From Chiloscyllium plagiosum (Eukaryota), in contig NW_025214725.1 of the NCBI RefSeq assembly GCF_004010195.1, positions 1 to 50,000 of the forward strand: DNA of 50,000 bases. The letters run 5' to 3'. A program made the translations under genes and the position numbers. Below are positions 1 to 13,499 of the stretch, piece by piece; within the stretch, counting starts at the first letter, position 1, and each line of letters begins with the position of its first letter. The notes under the pieces were generated by a model. The model was not told where the DNA came from. It did not search any database and was given only the letters and a program-made list of their open reading frames with translations.

Positions 1-149
1 TTGGAGTAGTAAGGCACTCCTTTTGATCTGGTCCGTGGACACTTTTGTCCTCTTTGATGAAGGTCAGGTGCCCATTAGGGTGGGTTAGATTCCCTTTGGA
101 ATTGTTATAAACAGGTGTAAGTGCAGTAAAAGTGCTATACTGGATAATT

Positions 150-320
150 TGATCTGTCAGCAAAGCAGTCAAAATCAACTGTCAAACTGTTAGAAATGTC
201 CATCAAAGAGACCTGTCAAAAGTGTTAGTTGATCTGTTAAAGAAATCTGTCAAAATTGTAAAGAGGACCTGTCAAAAGAACTGTGAAGAGGAGCCATCAA
301 GAGCACCTTTCAAAAGGAAC
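150..320 (+). repeat. Degenerate short repeat array (CTGTCAAAA-like)
   Basis: ATCTGTCAGC, ACTGTCAAA, ACCTGTCAAAA, ATCTGTTAAA, ATCTGTCAAAA, ACCTGTCAAAA and ACCTTTCAAAA at 13-38 bp spacing. Confidence 0.65.
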
Positions 321-3300
321 TATAAATGCATTTAAACGTTCTGCCTTTTAAATCTTTAATGAAAAATTTATCATGTGTGTTAAACAAAAAGATTACTTGT
401 TGTTTCACTCTTGTCGACTGACATAAGTCTGAAAGTTTTCATTGCTGGATTATTGCTGCATAACTGATTTTACAACTATCCCTTCAAATTTTTCTTTTCT
501 GGCCTTAGCCTGAGTGGTATATGAGACAGACAGAACACATACATACTTCTGTTCACATCGCTAGATTTTTTTCAAACAGCTGACAGTCCAGTCAATTGAG
601 AGGTATAGTTCTGGATCATGCATGGCTGATCAAGAAATCCTACTATCTTATCATCTGCCATAAACAGATCAGAAGAATTTATAAGCTGACAACCTGTTTG
701 GTTACATTTCCAGTTTAATTGACAACTAAAAGTGGTTATAGACACTTTGATGTGGCACTTTGAACTCCAACACATTGCAAGAAGGGATTGTATGTTGAAA
801 TGAAATGATTGCTAGAAAGACTTACTCAGTGAAAGGGAATGTAAATGTATTAAATAGGATTTTGTGAATGAAAAATATTTTTTTGAAGTTTGCAACAGGG
901 ACTAAAATTGTTTTAACAAACGTTATTTTTTCTCATGACTGCATGCATCTGGAGGTCTCATTGTGGTTACAAAGAGAGTTGGTATGGTAAGTGTAAGTAC
1001 AATGGATGGTGAAGGCAAGGATTGGATTTAAATAGGTTAGGACTGAGAAGGCACTAACAGAGCTGCAAGAATAGGGGCCATCTTCATCTGCTGGCTGTGA
1101 AGGTTACTGCCTCTCCGAATGTCTGGCTCCCATCAAGGAGTGGTAGGTAAACCTGTGTGGAATCTTTCAGTCATGTACCCATACTGCATCAAAACAGTGA
1201 CCGAGGTGATCTGCACAAAGGCACACTGGCTCATTTCATTCCCCCATGACAAGATCAGTGCTGCAGCAGAAATGTAGGTGGGCGCCCCGTGATGCAGGAT
1301 GTCATCAACTGCACACATGTGGCACAAAGTAGGCTGTATCACAATGCTATGGAAGAAGTTAGTAATAACTCCTACCAGGACATAGCTATGAATAGGTACA
1401 CTGTGGCATGGCAGTTAAACAATGATGAGGGTGAGACAATAGGATTGCATTATGAGAGACTGTCAGCCATATTAGTTATGTGCCTTGGGCAATTTTGGTT
1501 GCTGTGCCATTACATTGCCACTGATGAGAAATGTTGAATTGTGAACACTTGCCTAGCTGCTCAGTGGCCCATCAAAGATGGTACAGTTGCAACGGATGCT
1601 GATCTTTAGCAATTATTCACCAAGTGGCAAGTTCTTCTCGGAATGATGCATGGTAAGATGGGGTTGGAATCAAACCTGAGAGAAGGAACAGGAGTGTGGT
1701 ATTTAATTAATGCAGCACTTTTGGTAAGGTACAGCGAGAAAACTCACTGGTCCTCATGGCAAAATACCTTCCAAAAAATTCAACACAATTCAGACTGAGT
1801 CAAAAAGCATAAGATTCAATCCATCAATTTTTGAAGAGGAGCTTTCTGAATGATAGCAATCATGCTAATGCACATTTAGCTGGTGCAGATCTCATGTGCA
1901 ATATGAAGGCAATTCTTCTGCATTCCCAAGATCCTTGGATTTTTATGGATCCTCATGATCATACAGCCAAATGTTGATTTTTCTAGCCTTGGATCACAGA
2001 ACCTCAAGCAACACTGGTACCGGGAAAAATTAGTATAGATTGTGTCATTAAAAGTTTTGATGCTGCTTCTGTTATACGAATGACATGGTATTTTAGCTGC
2101 ATACTCGAGGGATTCTAGCATAGAGGATTGTTCTACAAAGCAGTCAGAAAAATATCTCTGTCACTAATTCCTTATTCAACAAAAGCAGAGAAGGAAACAT
2201 GAAGTTCCAAACAAAAACATGTTTGAATCCAAGCAATTTGTATCAAAAGGTTCAAAATTGCATTTCCAACCCAAAACTAGGAGCCTTTTGATGATTTACC
2301 TTCACTTCCAATTGATAGCATATTAATAATTCAGCAGTATGCTACAATAATTATAATGCAGAGGTGAGTTTGATCAGCATTATTAGATACTAAAAATCCA
2401 CCAAATGTATTTATCTTTTATTCCCAAGGCATTTTCTTTCCCTTTCTTGTTTCAGTATCCATATGCTCTTTGCCACCTCCTGATTCCAGATGTTTAAGAT
2501 GGTGTGAAACAGCCCAGGGTAAATTTCTTCAATACCCCTCCCTCCTTATCAGGATCTTTTTGACCTTTTCTGGCTTTGTTTTTACTTCTGACTCACATAG
2601 GGGTGAGGAAGTCAAAATGCGTAGGCCATGAGTTCGAATCTACTCATTCACTCCTCCTTCCAAGCCTTGTGACTGATTATTCAAGGCATGAAAACAGAAA
2701 AGTAATCTGTTGCATGTAACTTTCACAGTGAAACAGTTATGAAGAACAGGTATTTGTTGTATTACTGAAACACAAGATTGTACGTTGGGAATGGCAAGGA
2801 CCAGTATCCATGCAGAACATTAGTTTATTTATTGCTGTTTATGAAAATTTAAATGATAACACTGTGGCTCAGCTACAGATGTCAAACATCTGTCCGCCAT
2901 CTTCTGTCTTTAGAAAACATATGGTTGTGATATGCAAACAGCATTATACACATAGAAAGAGACATTTTTATCCCTCAGCGCATGTTACTGTCATTTTGTT
3001 ATGGGGGTAAAATTATCCAAATGTGAAATAGTCCAAATTAATGCAATCTGATGTTCATTTCAGGGTTTCTCAATTCATTGACCTTCCCTTGATCATGGCT
3101 TCTACTCATGAGGCCAGTCTGTAGTTCCTTTCTTCCAATTTGCAGCATGTACACCATGACCAGTTTCTCCCATGCCATTTCTTGGTGACATGTAGTGTTT
3201 CATATCTTTAGGTTAAGTAATAAATGCATGGTAGAACTTGCAAACATGGCACTCTGGAACCTGCTAAGATACAAGAAAGTACCTACAAATTAACTTGAAA

Positions 3301-4137
3301 TTGTGACAGCCATCAGTATTTGGCAATAGGCTTACATGAACAAAGTACCATACCACCTTAACTGTTTTCCCTAGTTAATCATCTGACAGGACGGAAAGTG
3401 TAATGTCACACGTGAGTAGTTAGAGATATATGTGTGACAGATACACCATTTCCCAGCCAAGGCACAAGAAGAGATAAGAAACTTATCACACGTAATATAG
3501 ATCAGATACTAAACATTTCCTTAGTTTGCCAACTGACTGATATGGTCACAATCAACTTGTTTCTAAACTGTCATTTCTTTAAAGCAGCAATTGGCTTTGC
3601 AAATGTTTTAACGGCGTTAAAAAATGGGAGTAAATTGTGAAATGAACCAGGATAAAGAGACTTAAGGAAAAATGCCAGTTTTCATCATTTCATGTTTTTC
3701 CAAATAAAATGTGTTACCAACTTAATAGTGTTTTTAAGATATTGCTTATTCTTTAAGTTACAATAGTTTTTCGAATATTCACAAGAAATTCAGACAGCTA
3801 CAGTGGTAAATGCATTATTTGACAGACAGCCCTCCAAATTCATCACTTTCAAATATATACTCAGCTCTCCTTTGAAACCTCTTATAGAATTCACCTCCAG
3901 CACTCTCCCAAGCAGCACTTTCTAAATCCTAACAACTCTTTGAGTAAGGAAGTTTCTCCTCAACTCACTCCTAGCTCTCAGAAAGATACCAACCAGTGGA
4001 AACACAACATTTTTCTTTATCCTGTCAAAATTGATCTTAATTTTGAACACCGCAATAAGGTCACCTTCGTAATCCTCTGTGCTCTGAGGAAAATAAGGCA
4101 ATTTCCCTAATCTTTCCTTGCATCTAAAATCTCTTAT

Positions 4138-4477
4138 GGGTCTAGATTAGAGTGGTGCTCGAAAAGCACAGCAGGTCAGGCAGCATCCGAGGAGCAGGAA
4201 AATCAACATTTTGGGCAAAAGCCCTTCATCAGGAATAGAGGCAGGGTATCTGCAGAATGGAGAGATAAATGAGAGGGGGGTGGGGGTGGGGAGAAAGTAG
4301 CATAGAGTACAGTAGATAAATGGGGGTGGGGATGAAGGTGATAGGTCAGAGAGGAGGGTGGATTGGATAGATGGAAAGGAAGATAGGCAGGTAGTACAGG
4401 TCATGGGACGGTGCTGAGCTCGAAGGTTGGAGCTTGGGTGAAGTGGAGGAAGGGGAAATGAGGAAACTGATTTTTAC
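4138..4477 (-). mobile_element. Penelope-like retroelement terminal fragment with decayed minimal hammerhead motif
   Basis: 14-bp TSD CTAAAATCTCTTAT at 4124-4137 and 4478-4491. The minus strand reads CTGATGAAGGGCTTTTGCCCAAAATGTTG. It belongs to the same family as 6604, 14221 and 40979. Confidence 0.75.
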
Positions 4478-6166
4478 CTAAAATCTCTTATTCCTGGTAT
4501 CATTCTTATAAATCATCTTTGCACTCTGTCCAGGGCTTTAACATTCTTCCAGAAATGAACACAATACTCCGAATGTTGGCTAACTAATGATTTGTAGAGG
4601 TGAAGAGTCATTTCCTTGATTTTATTGTATACTCTATGCCTTTACTTATAGACCCAAGGACTTCATAAATTAAAGTTATGGTAGTGTTTAGCTTGAACTC
4701 TTAATTAGCTTTGGTGATCCTAAACTTGTTGAGTCCTCTAAGAATTCTGTGTTTTTTGAATTTTGCCTTCATGCATTCCACACTCCCTTCCCCAGATGCT
4801 TCAGTCCTAAATCAGAGTTTAGCAAACAGTGGGTTGGGTCCACGCTAGTATCGGAGGTGGGAATTTGTGGGTTTCTGCTCCAAAGCAACAACAGTTTTTA
4901 TGGAGTTAGGAATGAATGCTAATAATTGCAAGATCCTTTAAATTCTAGCATCTTTTTTTCTAATGGTGGATGTGACCTTTGATATTTTCTTGAAGCCAGA
5001 TCGCTCCTGCAAAAAATGTCTGCAAAAAGGCAGTTTTCATTGAAATAAACTCAATAATTTAAACAATTCCCACCATGTTGACTTTTTCCCTTATCAGATA
5101 AGAAGGTAAAACAGCTCCCTCCCCTCACAGCACTCAGGAGCTAAACCCTCCCCCATTAAACACTAGGCACTAAAGCAAACACCTTCCCAATGGTCACATA
5201 AAGTCTGAGCCACTAAGCTCAGGACACACCAGGAAAGTTTGGGAAACACTGCTCTAAAATCTGGAATATCTCTCTGAAACTGATCCACCACTCCATTTCT
5301 CAAGTCTGACCCAAGTTTTTAATCAACCGTCCTAATAACCCCTCAAGACTCTCAGCATCAAATTTTATCTGAAATGGCTCTGCCAAAGCATCTTGGGATA
5401 TTTCACGAAATGAAAGGTAAGCTGCAAATGCAAGTTGTTATTGTTGCTCAACACAGTTGAGGATAAAACATGGTTGAAAGTAATGGACAGGAATTTAATG
5501 TGCATGGAATGAAAAGGTCATGTTTTGAGATAGGCTGACAGAAATATGAGATTAGAATGGTCCAACTCCATCACATAAGAGGGCAATAGCATTTATATCT
5601 CAGGGAGGGGTGCCCAATGCAAACTGTTTAAACAAGAATTCAGTAAAATATGAACAAAATGCATTTAAAATTCTAGGATAATCAAATAAAAAGATCCAGA
5701 GACAAAAGGTATCCAACATTCTGTGGATTTAAGAAAGATCATTGTGAACTTCGGATTGGAATAAGCTTATTTGTATCAGAATGTGCCTCTCCAAAACTTG
5801 AAGGAGTGGCACCCACCACAGAAAAAAAAGGTTAACCTAAGTAAGGTAGTAAAGTTTGTGGAATTGGGCTGAAATCAATCTGAATTGGATTCAACAAGTG
5901 ATAACATAGAAAGTCCCATTTTGAGAAGGCTCAGTGGGTTAGCTGAATCCCCACCAAGATCACACAATGGACCTGACACATTCATTATTGACATTTCAGG
6001 AAGCATGGGCTACCAAAAGTAGCTTCATCAAAGAGGGGTTGAAATTTAAATTTAATTCTCCTTGGCACTCAATAGCATTACCATTGCTGAATCCTCCAAT
6101 ATTAACATCTTGGCGGTTACCACTGACCATAAAGTGAATTGAATGAGATATATAAGTGGGATATAT

Positions 6167-6457
6167 GAGGTGGCACAGTGGCTCTGTGGTTAGCACTACT
6201 GCCTCACAGAGTCAGGGACCTGGGTTCAATTTGACTCAGGTGACTCTTTGGGTGCTCCGGTTTCCTCCCACAGTCCAATGATGTTCAGGTTTGGTGGATG
6301 GGCCATACTAAACCACTGATAGTGTCCAAGGATATGTGGGTTAGGTGGATTAGGTGGGAGGTGTAGGAGTGCAGGGAAAGGGTGGGATGCTACTTGTAGG
6401 GTAGGTGTGGACCTGTTGGGTGGAGTGACCTGTTTCCACACTGTGGGGATTCTATGA
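6167..6457 (+). mobile_element. HE1-like SINE
   Basis: tRNA-like head GTGGCTCTGTGGTTAGCACT..GGGTTCAAT, central GGGTGCTCCGGTTTCCTCCCACAGTCCAA, and tail CCTGTTTCCACACTGT. Confidence 0.85.
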
Positions 6458-6603
6458 AAGTATGGTTATAAAAGCAGGACAAAGGCGAAAATCTTGCACT
6501 GATTAATTCGCTTCCTGACTCCTGAAAGATGTTCACAACCGACAAGGCATGAGCCAGGAATATGATGGAATACTCTCCGCTTGCCTGGATGATTCTGGCT
6601 CAA

Positions 6604-6687
6604 GAGTTATGCCCGAAATGTCGATTCTCCTGCTCCTCGGATGCAGCCTGGCCTGCTGTGCTTTTCCAGTGCTACACGTTTTGACTC
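6604..6687 (+). mobile_element. Short Penelope-like terminal fragment inserted in a LINE
   Basis: 14-bp TSD TGATTCTGGCTCAA at 6590-6603 and 6688-6701. It contains GCCCGAAATGTCGATTCTCCTGCTCCTCGGATGC, shared with the other copies. Confidence 0.75.
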
Positions 6688-7025
6688 TGATTCTGGCTCA
6701 AACAACACTCAAAACATGACACCCTTCCTGGACAAAATAGCCCACTTAATTGACACCACATGCACAAACATTCTTCCATCGCCAACTCTCAGTAACAGAA
6801 ATGTGTACCATTTACAAGACACACTCCCACAAAGACTCACTAAACTCATGTTCAGCATCATCTAGAGGGAGAAAGGCAGGAGTTACATGGGAACACCACC
6901 ATCTGCAAGATCCCCTCCAAGCCACACACCATCCTGACTTCGAAATACATTGCCATTCCTTCACTGTTGCTGGGTTAAAATCTGAAACTCCCCCCTCCCG
7001 AACCGTGACTAAGGATGGGCAATAA

Positions 7026-7385
7026 ATCATAGAATCCCTACAGTATGAAAGCAGGGCATTCAGTCGATCAAGTCCACATTGCCCTTCCAAAGGCCATCCC
7101 ACTCTGACCCATCCTCAATCCCTCCCACCCCCACCATACTCCTGTAACACGACATTTCCCAAGGCTAATCCACCAAGCCTGCACATTCCTAGACACAATC
7201 GGCAATTTAGCGTGGCCAATCCACCTAACCTGCACATCTTTAGGCTGGGGAGGAAACCAAACCACCCAAAGGAAACGCACGTATACACATTGAGAAAGTG
7301 CAGACAGTTGCTCGAGGCTAGAATCCAACTCAGGTCCCAGGCACTGTGATGCAGTAGTACTAGCCACTGAGTTACCATGTTGCTC
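7026..7385 (-). mobile_element. HE1-like SINE (reverse orientation)
   Basis: Reverse complement of the same SINE (GGCAATTTAGCGTGGCCAATCCACCTAACCTGCACATCTTT; TAGCCACTGAG). Confidence 0.85.
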
Positions 7386-8439
7386 TGCTGCTCCAGTCAA
7401 CCAAGCCAGCATACTATCAATGAATAATATTTTTGTTAAATTGGTCTTGTGCGGTGGGGCAAACTGGGTGACAGCAAATTGGCAACTCATTTAACATTCT
7501 GCCAAATTTAGTGTTCACATTGATTTCAATTTTGCCCAATCAATGTCATGTCCTGAACAATCTGTAATAACAGAATCATTTCAGAAGGGTCAAATCAGCA
7601 TAATTTAGCATGTAAATACCATGTGGTGCCTGTTGATCACAAAGGGCATACTACAGACAATGAACATGTTAGGCAATCAGCAGGCCTGTAGGATTACTTT
7701 CATTCCCACTAAGATATGTATAAATTATTCTCTCTAAAAGGGCAATATTATTAAAAGTTCTGGAAGGATTTAGATTACCAAAGCAGGTTTGAAATAAATC
7801 AGTTCGATGGTGAATAAGTCACATTTCATGAACTATCGAATTATATATCTGGGCAAATCTACCCCAATGGGATGTGTGCAATTACCACTTCTTAAAGCGA
7901 TAGCGTCATTAAATTTCAGAGATTTTTCAGGACCCAACCAAACTAGTTTTAATCAAAACGATTTTACAAAACTATACAATGAATTATGGCAGAAATGGCA
8001 GAAAAAGGTAAAAGACTTATTTGTACTTGTTGACCATTCATTGAAAGTACACAGTCAATTGTAAGCTGGTACCACTAGACCAATCAAGTACTGGATTTAG
8101 CTTGAGACATTTAGTTTTAGTCAAAACAAGTCATTTTTAACCCTTCATGACTCAACCACTTTTGAAATATTGGGGAAGGATTTCTAAATGGTAAGCATAT
8201 AACAGAAAAACAGTTTATAATATTCCTATTAATAGTGAACAGATAATCGTATATCCAATATTATGTCAATTAGTTCCTTAGAAATAAAGGAACTGTTGTA
8301 GCAAGTTAACAGGCATGTAGTGTGGAAGAATACATAGAAATTTATAAATTATAGATCCAATGAAATCAAATTTGCCATAATGGTTACGGTATCCATGAAA
8401 AGTTATCAGTTTTGCTTAATTAATTCAGAGTTGGTGATA

Positions 8440-8750
8440 ATGTGTCATCTTTTGCTAGCCCTCTTGCATCTCAAGACAAGGATTTGGCTTCAAGTCCCAT
8501 CTAGGGCTTGCAAATGAAAAGACCAAGACTAACACTCCAGTGCAGTACTGAGGGAACTTTACAATACATCAGAGGTGTTGTCTTTCAGAAAATACATTAT
8601 ACTGAGGCTCCCATCTCCTGTTTAGATGGATGTAAATAATTCCATGGCAGTATTTGTATAAGAGCAGGAGAAGTACTCCTGTTGTCCTAACCAATATATA
8701 TCACTCAGTCAACATCACACAAACAGATTATTTGGTCATTATCACGTTGT
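8440..8750 (+). mobile_element. DeuSINE-like (SacSINE1/AmnSINE1-related) ancient SINE
   Basis: CACTCCAGTGCAGTACTGAGGGA...GGATGTAAATAATTCCATGGCAGTATTT..AGAGCAGGAG..TGTCCTAACCAATAT resembles the Deu domain (recalled consensus). Confidence 0.6.
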
Positions 8751-11700
8751 TAACCACATTCATAAAAATTTGGTGGAATACAGATGTTAGTCTGTGATGC
8801 TGACATAGCAGATGCAGAAAATTCACAAAGTATTGGCTACATTTCACCTTACTCATAATATTGACTGAATTTTGGTGAAGTGCACAACATGACAAATTGT
8901 GAAGAGTCTGACCATCGGCTTGTTAACACAATTAACACTATTTTTGTTTGATTCTTTTCTATTTTTACGTACAACAATGAAAAGGTTTGGCCAGAGACTA
9001 ATCTTCAGGAACTAAAATAATGTTGGCTTCTGTTTAGTATGCATTATTGGCAAGTCAAAGTACCTTCTGAGGTGATTTACCAAGTTAATTAATGCACAGT
9101 TTGCGTTAACATTTGTGAAATATTAATGATAAGTAACAGGTACAAGGCATAGAGGGTTCAATAGTTTCTCCAAATCAAATTTAAGCAAACCACTCAAATA
9201 TGATAAAGATCACAGCAAAACCTAATCCCATACTCACCTGGCATCCAAACACATACATTCCAACAAGAGTCATATGATAGTGATCAGGAACAGGAACTGT
9301 GCTGATTATCCCCTCTCTAATCCAGTGACTGAAATTCACTGCTTCCCTATAGCAATTGAAATTTGTCAGCTCAGCACAGAACAGGAATAAAAACTGGAGC
9401 CACCCTGATCTGCATGCCTCAATATTACATCACACAATTTATTTAGCCACTGGGCCAGCAGGGAACCTAAAGTGAAATGTTTTAAAGTAAATGACTGGTA
9501 AAATTCCTTTACAAGGCAATTTATTGGGTAAATGTGACCTTTGACATGTACGTGCTACTCAGACTGAAGGTGGCCTAGTGGTTAGTAGCATCAAATCACT
9601 AATGCTCCCAACACTGAACAAGCTGCAATTTAAGAGGACCTTTTTTGTGCTTTGCTTCAATACTTTGTCAGCTTTAATTCAATTATTAAGAGTCTCAATT
9701 GCCCTCAAGGAGATGAAGAGTGCTGGGTTAGCAGTCCTTTTGCTTAGTGATGGCATCAGCCCACTTCTGGTGTAATCACTAACAGTCTTGCAGTGGTGTG
9801 AATCCAACACCTGGTAACCTAATAATAACATAACATTCCAGACATTAATGATTGTGACTAAACTCTGAGCAGACTAATGGTGGACAGATTTCTCTGGTGG
9901 TATAAAAGTAGTAGACATAGGAATTATTCAGTCCGATGACAGACAGACCACAATCTGTAGAGGTACATATTTGCGTCCTCCATCATATAAAGGCAGCTGT
10001 TTCAATACTTATGTATTCAAAAGTTTTAATTCAGAATTTGAATTTATTGAAACATTAACATAAGTGCATTTTGATTTTTTTAAGTTGTATACCAAAAATA
10101 TGGGGTAGCACATGGCCTTTAAATAAAAGCAGACTGAATATGAGTTACTGTCATACAGTGAACGCTGACGTTTTTCTTTTAAGCACAGCTTTTCATACTT
10201 AAAGGAATTCAAGCAAGCAGTGCCTTTTTTTCCCTTCACAAATGCATTGAATTTATGAGGAATACAGCAAACTTTTTATTAGAGCAATATTTAAATTTCA
10301 CAAACTAGAGATTCATTAGTTAGTTTTCCAACTAATGTAAATCTCCTATGCTGTAATATTATAATTAGATTTGTAACATTCACTGAAATCTCATCATTTG
10401 GCAAATTCCACAAAAATGCAACTTCAAGAATTTAACTCCTGGTGGGCCTGTGAATGCTGCTCACTGACCTACTTTTCAAATTTACCATTTCCACTGGAAA
10501 TTCATCACTTCAAGTACAATATATTTTTTAATTTTTAGCCACTGATTAGGACTGAATTAAGGGGAACTTTTCTTCAAGCAAGGCATTAATGATAGAGACA
10601 GAGAAGGATAAACATGGCAGTTGAGATGGAAGTAATTTTGCATTAATCCTGAGTGTTGATGTTGTTCCCAAGATATACTTTAATAAAGAGAGTGTCACCA
10701 CAATGGGCCTTGTGTTCTTCCAACACATTTTTTTTGCATCCAGGTCAGTTTAAGTGCTTTTGGGTGATAGTTACTCCCTTTAGATTAATTTACAAAACTG
10801 CCTACTTTGTACATAATAATCACCAAGCCAACTGTTCCTTTTTTCTTTCCCTTAACATGTCAGAATGACAAAGTTATGCCACCAGATCAAATGCAATACG
10901 TTAGAAGAAAATCTTGAAACTCTTGATCTAAGTGACAGAGAGTGCGGGGACAGAAGTTTCATAAATTGTCATGCTATTTATAATCAATTAAGATATACTG
11001 CCATGACTGATGACATGTTCATACACTGTCTTACATCACGGAAATATAATAGACCATATATTATCTTGCTTAATAACTGCTGATGCTGCTCACTTTTATT
11101 TTAGTCCAATGTGAAGATTATTTTAAATATCGCTGAACTGATGAGATGGGGAGAGATAATTCACTTTTAAAAACAGACAATTTATAAATATGTCACACAA
11201 CTAACGAAGTTTCAAAGTATAGTTTCTCAGCTCCTCATCCACTAATTATCTGACTAACGCTGTGTGCTTTTAAAACATTCGATAGAATCTCAGGCCTATA
11301 CTCACAAATAGCAAAAGGTTCCCTCAATAACTGTTATAAATTTGATAATGTAGCACACAGTAGGACATGTAAGATAACATCATAGAAACCACAGGGGTGA
11401 AGAGTACTCTTACTAGTGCCAGGCAAGGACCACCTTTGGCTTCAAAGAGAACTGCAGCCATTTTGGAGCCATTCCTGTTTCTTTGTGACTCCAAAGTGTG
11501 TCTCCTATAGATGTTCCATTCTCTCACCACAGGGATTGGAGCTGAGAGTTTGTCTGATGTTGTTGCACTCCATGAGATTGGCTAACTGCATTATCAGATA
11601 AAAAGCTTGTCACTTTCTGACTTCAGGGAAGGTGTTGTGAAGATTGTTGTGAAATATATTCAAATGACAAGTTTATAACCTAAGATCGTCCCGGGTTATA

Positions 11701-12319
11701 TTTAACAGAGTTCAGGTAGACTGCTGAAGCTGAGCAACACATTTGCAATGTCAGGCGAGACAGATGTCTCTACCAGCAATTACTTTGGTCAGATTACCAA
11801 GCCATCTTTTTGATCTTTGGATACAGTGATGTTCTGACACTTTTATATAAACATGTCTCGACACAAATAAATCCATAATCCTAGAACAAAGTCATTAAAA
11901 GTTCATTTCTGTTCCCTTTTCTCCTCCACAATTCAGTCCATTAATACATGACATTAATTTTCTGGAGTATGTAGATTAGTATATGAACATTTAAATGTTT
12001 GCATGAAATTCATTTATTTTACTTTAAGAAAAATATTACCTTCTTTGAAGTAAACAGTATCGTGCCTCTGTTAAAATGAAAAACACACATTTATATCACT
12101 CCTTTAGATAGCTGAATGTTCCAAGCTGTTTTTACAGAAGTAATTGGACAAAAATGGGTGCTCACCCGCAAAAGGACATACTAATAGAGGTGAACACAAG
12201 TTTGAGCTTGATCAAAGAAATTATTTGCTTAAATGAGGAGCTGGTAGTGGTTAAGTCAGAGGTTTAAGGTCCATGCAGGGTCGAGACACTTCAATACGTG
12301 ATCAGTGGGCTGAAGGTAA

Positions 12320-13462
12320 GTAGAGTCATACAGTCATAGATATGTACAGCACGGAAACAGAACTTTTGGTCCAACTTGTCCATGCCGACCAGATATCCCA
12401 ACCCAATCTAGTACCATTTGCCAGCATTTGGCCCATATCCCTCCAAACACTTCCTATTCATATACTCATCCAGATGCCTTTTAAATGTTGCAATTACACT
12501 AGCCTCCACCACTTCCTCTGGCAGCTCATTCCATACACGTACCACACTCTGCGTGAAAACGTTGCCCCTTCATCTCTTTTATATCTTTCCCTTGTCATCC
12601 TAAACTTATGCCCTCTAGTTCTGGACTTCCCTACCCCAGGGAAGAGACTTTGTCTATTTATCCTACCCATGCCCCTCATGATTTTATAAACATCTACAAG
12701 GTCACCCCTCAGCCTCCGACACTCCAGAGAAAACAGTCCTAGCCTATTCAACCTCTCCCTGTAGTTTAAATTCTCCAACCCTGGCAACATCCTTGTAAAT
12801 CTTTTGTGGGCGGCACGGTGGCACAGTGGTTAGCACTGCTGCCTCACACCGCCAGAGACCCGGGTTCAATTCCCGCCTCAGGCAACTGACTGTGTGGAGT
12901 TTGCACAGTCAGTTGCCTGAGGCGGGAATTGAACCCGGGTCTCTGGCGGTGTGAGGGGCCGAAGGGCCTGTTTCCACACTGTAAGTAATCTAATCTAATC
13001 TAATCTAATCTAATCAGAACCCTTTCAAGTTTCACAACATCTTTCTGATAGGAAGGAGGACAGAATTGCATGCAATATTCCAACAGTGGCCCAACAAATG
13101 TCCTGTACAGATGCAACATGACCTCCCAACTCTTGTACTCAATACTCTGAAAGAATACCAAACACCTTCTTCACTATCTTATCTACCCGCGACTCAATTT
13201 TCAAGGAGCTATGAACCTGTGCTCCAAGATTCCTTTGTTCAGCAACACTCCTGAGGACCTTACCATTAAATGTATAAGTCCTGCTAAGATTTGCTTTCCC
13301 AAAATGCAGCACCTTGCATTTATCTGAATTAAACTCCATCTGCCATTTCTCAGCCCATCGGCCCAACTGATCAAGATGGTAACCTTCTTCACTGTCCACT
13401 ACACCTCCAATTTTGGTGTCATCTGCAAACTTACTAACTGTATCTCTTATGCTCACATCCAA
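12320..13462 (-). mobile_element. CR1/HER1-like LINE 3' fragment (RT C-terminus + 3'UTR), interrupted by a SINE
   Basis: Minus-strand ORFs include SKFADDTKIGGVVDSEEG..WAEKWQMEFNSDKCKVLHFG and LNYRERLNRLGLFSLECRRLRGDL, typical of CR1 ORF2. An (AGTCAT)-type tail lies at ~12322-12340. Frameshifted and 5'-truncated. Confidence 0.92.
12806..13015 (+). mobile_element. HE1-like tRNA-derived SINE, internally rearranged
   Basis: A-box GGTGGCACAGTGGTTAGC, B-box GGTTCAATTCC, 3' end GGGCCGAAGGGCCTGTTTCCACACTGT and a (TAATC)n tail. The central body is replaced by an inverted copy of the head. Confidence 0.9.
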
Positions 13463-13499
13463 AGTAGATACACGTAAGAGGTTAGAACAGAGCATATGG

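Larger units (their letters stand above)
5960..7025 (+). mobile_element. Degenerate LINE 3' fragment (CR1/L2 group) hosting SINE and Penelope-like insertions
   Basis: LINE-like decayed sequence continues across the 6167-6457 and 6604-6687 insertions. It ends in GGATGGGCAATAAAT, a tail shared with the SINE at ~49140. Confidence 0.55.

Noticed and set aside
500..2150. Possible very old LINE-derived sequence
   Set aside because: Too decayed to assign a family or boundaries by eye.
4147..4404. ORFs ending IFLLLGCCLTCCAF.APL (also 14263..14523, 14177..14473)
   Set aside because: Incidental translations of the Penelope-like terminal repeat, not host genes.
9300..9470. Possible ancient SINE family shared with ~17650-17760 and ~46580-46660
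   Set aside because: Similarity (GCTGAGATC / TCAGCTCAGCACAGA) is too short to support a feature without alignment.
12812..12880. tRNA gene (also ~6170 and ~48020)
   Set aside because: The A/B boxes belong to tRNA-derived SINE heads and continue into SINE body and tail; no proper cloverleaf.
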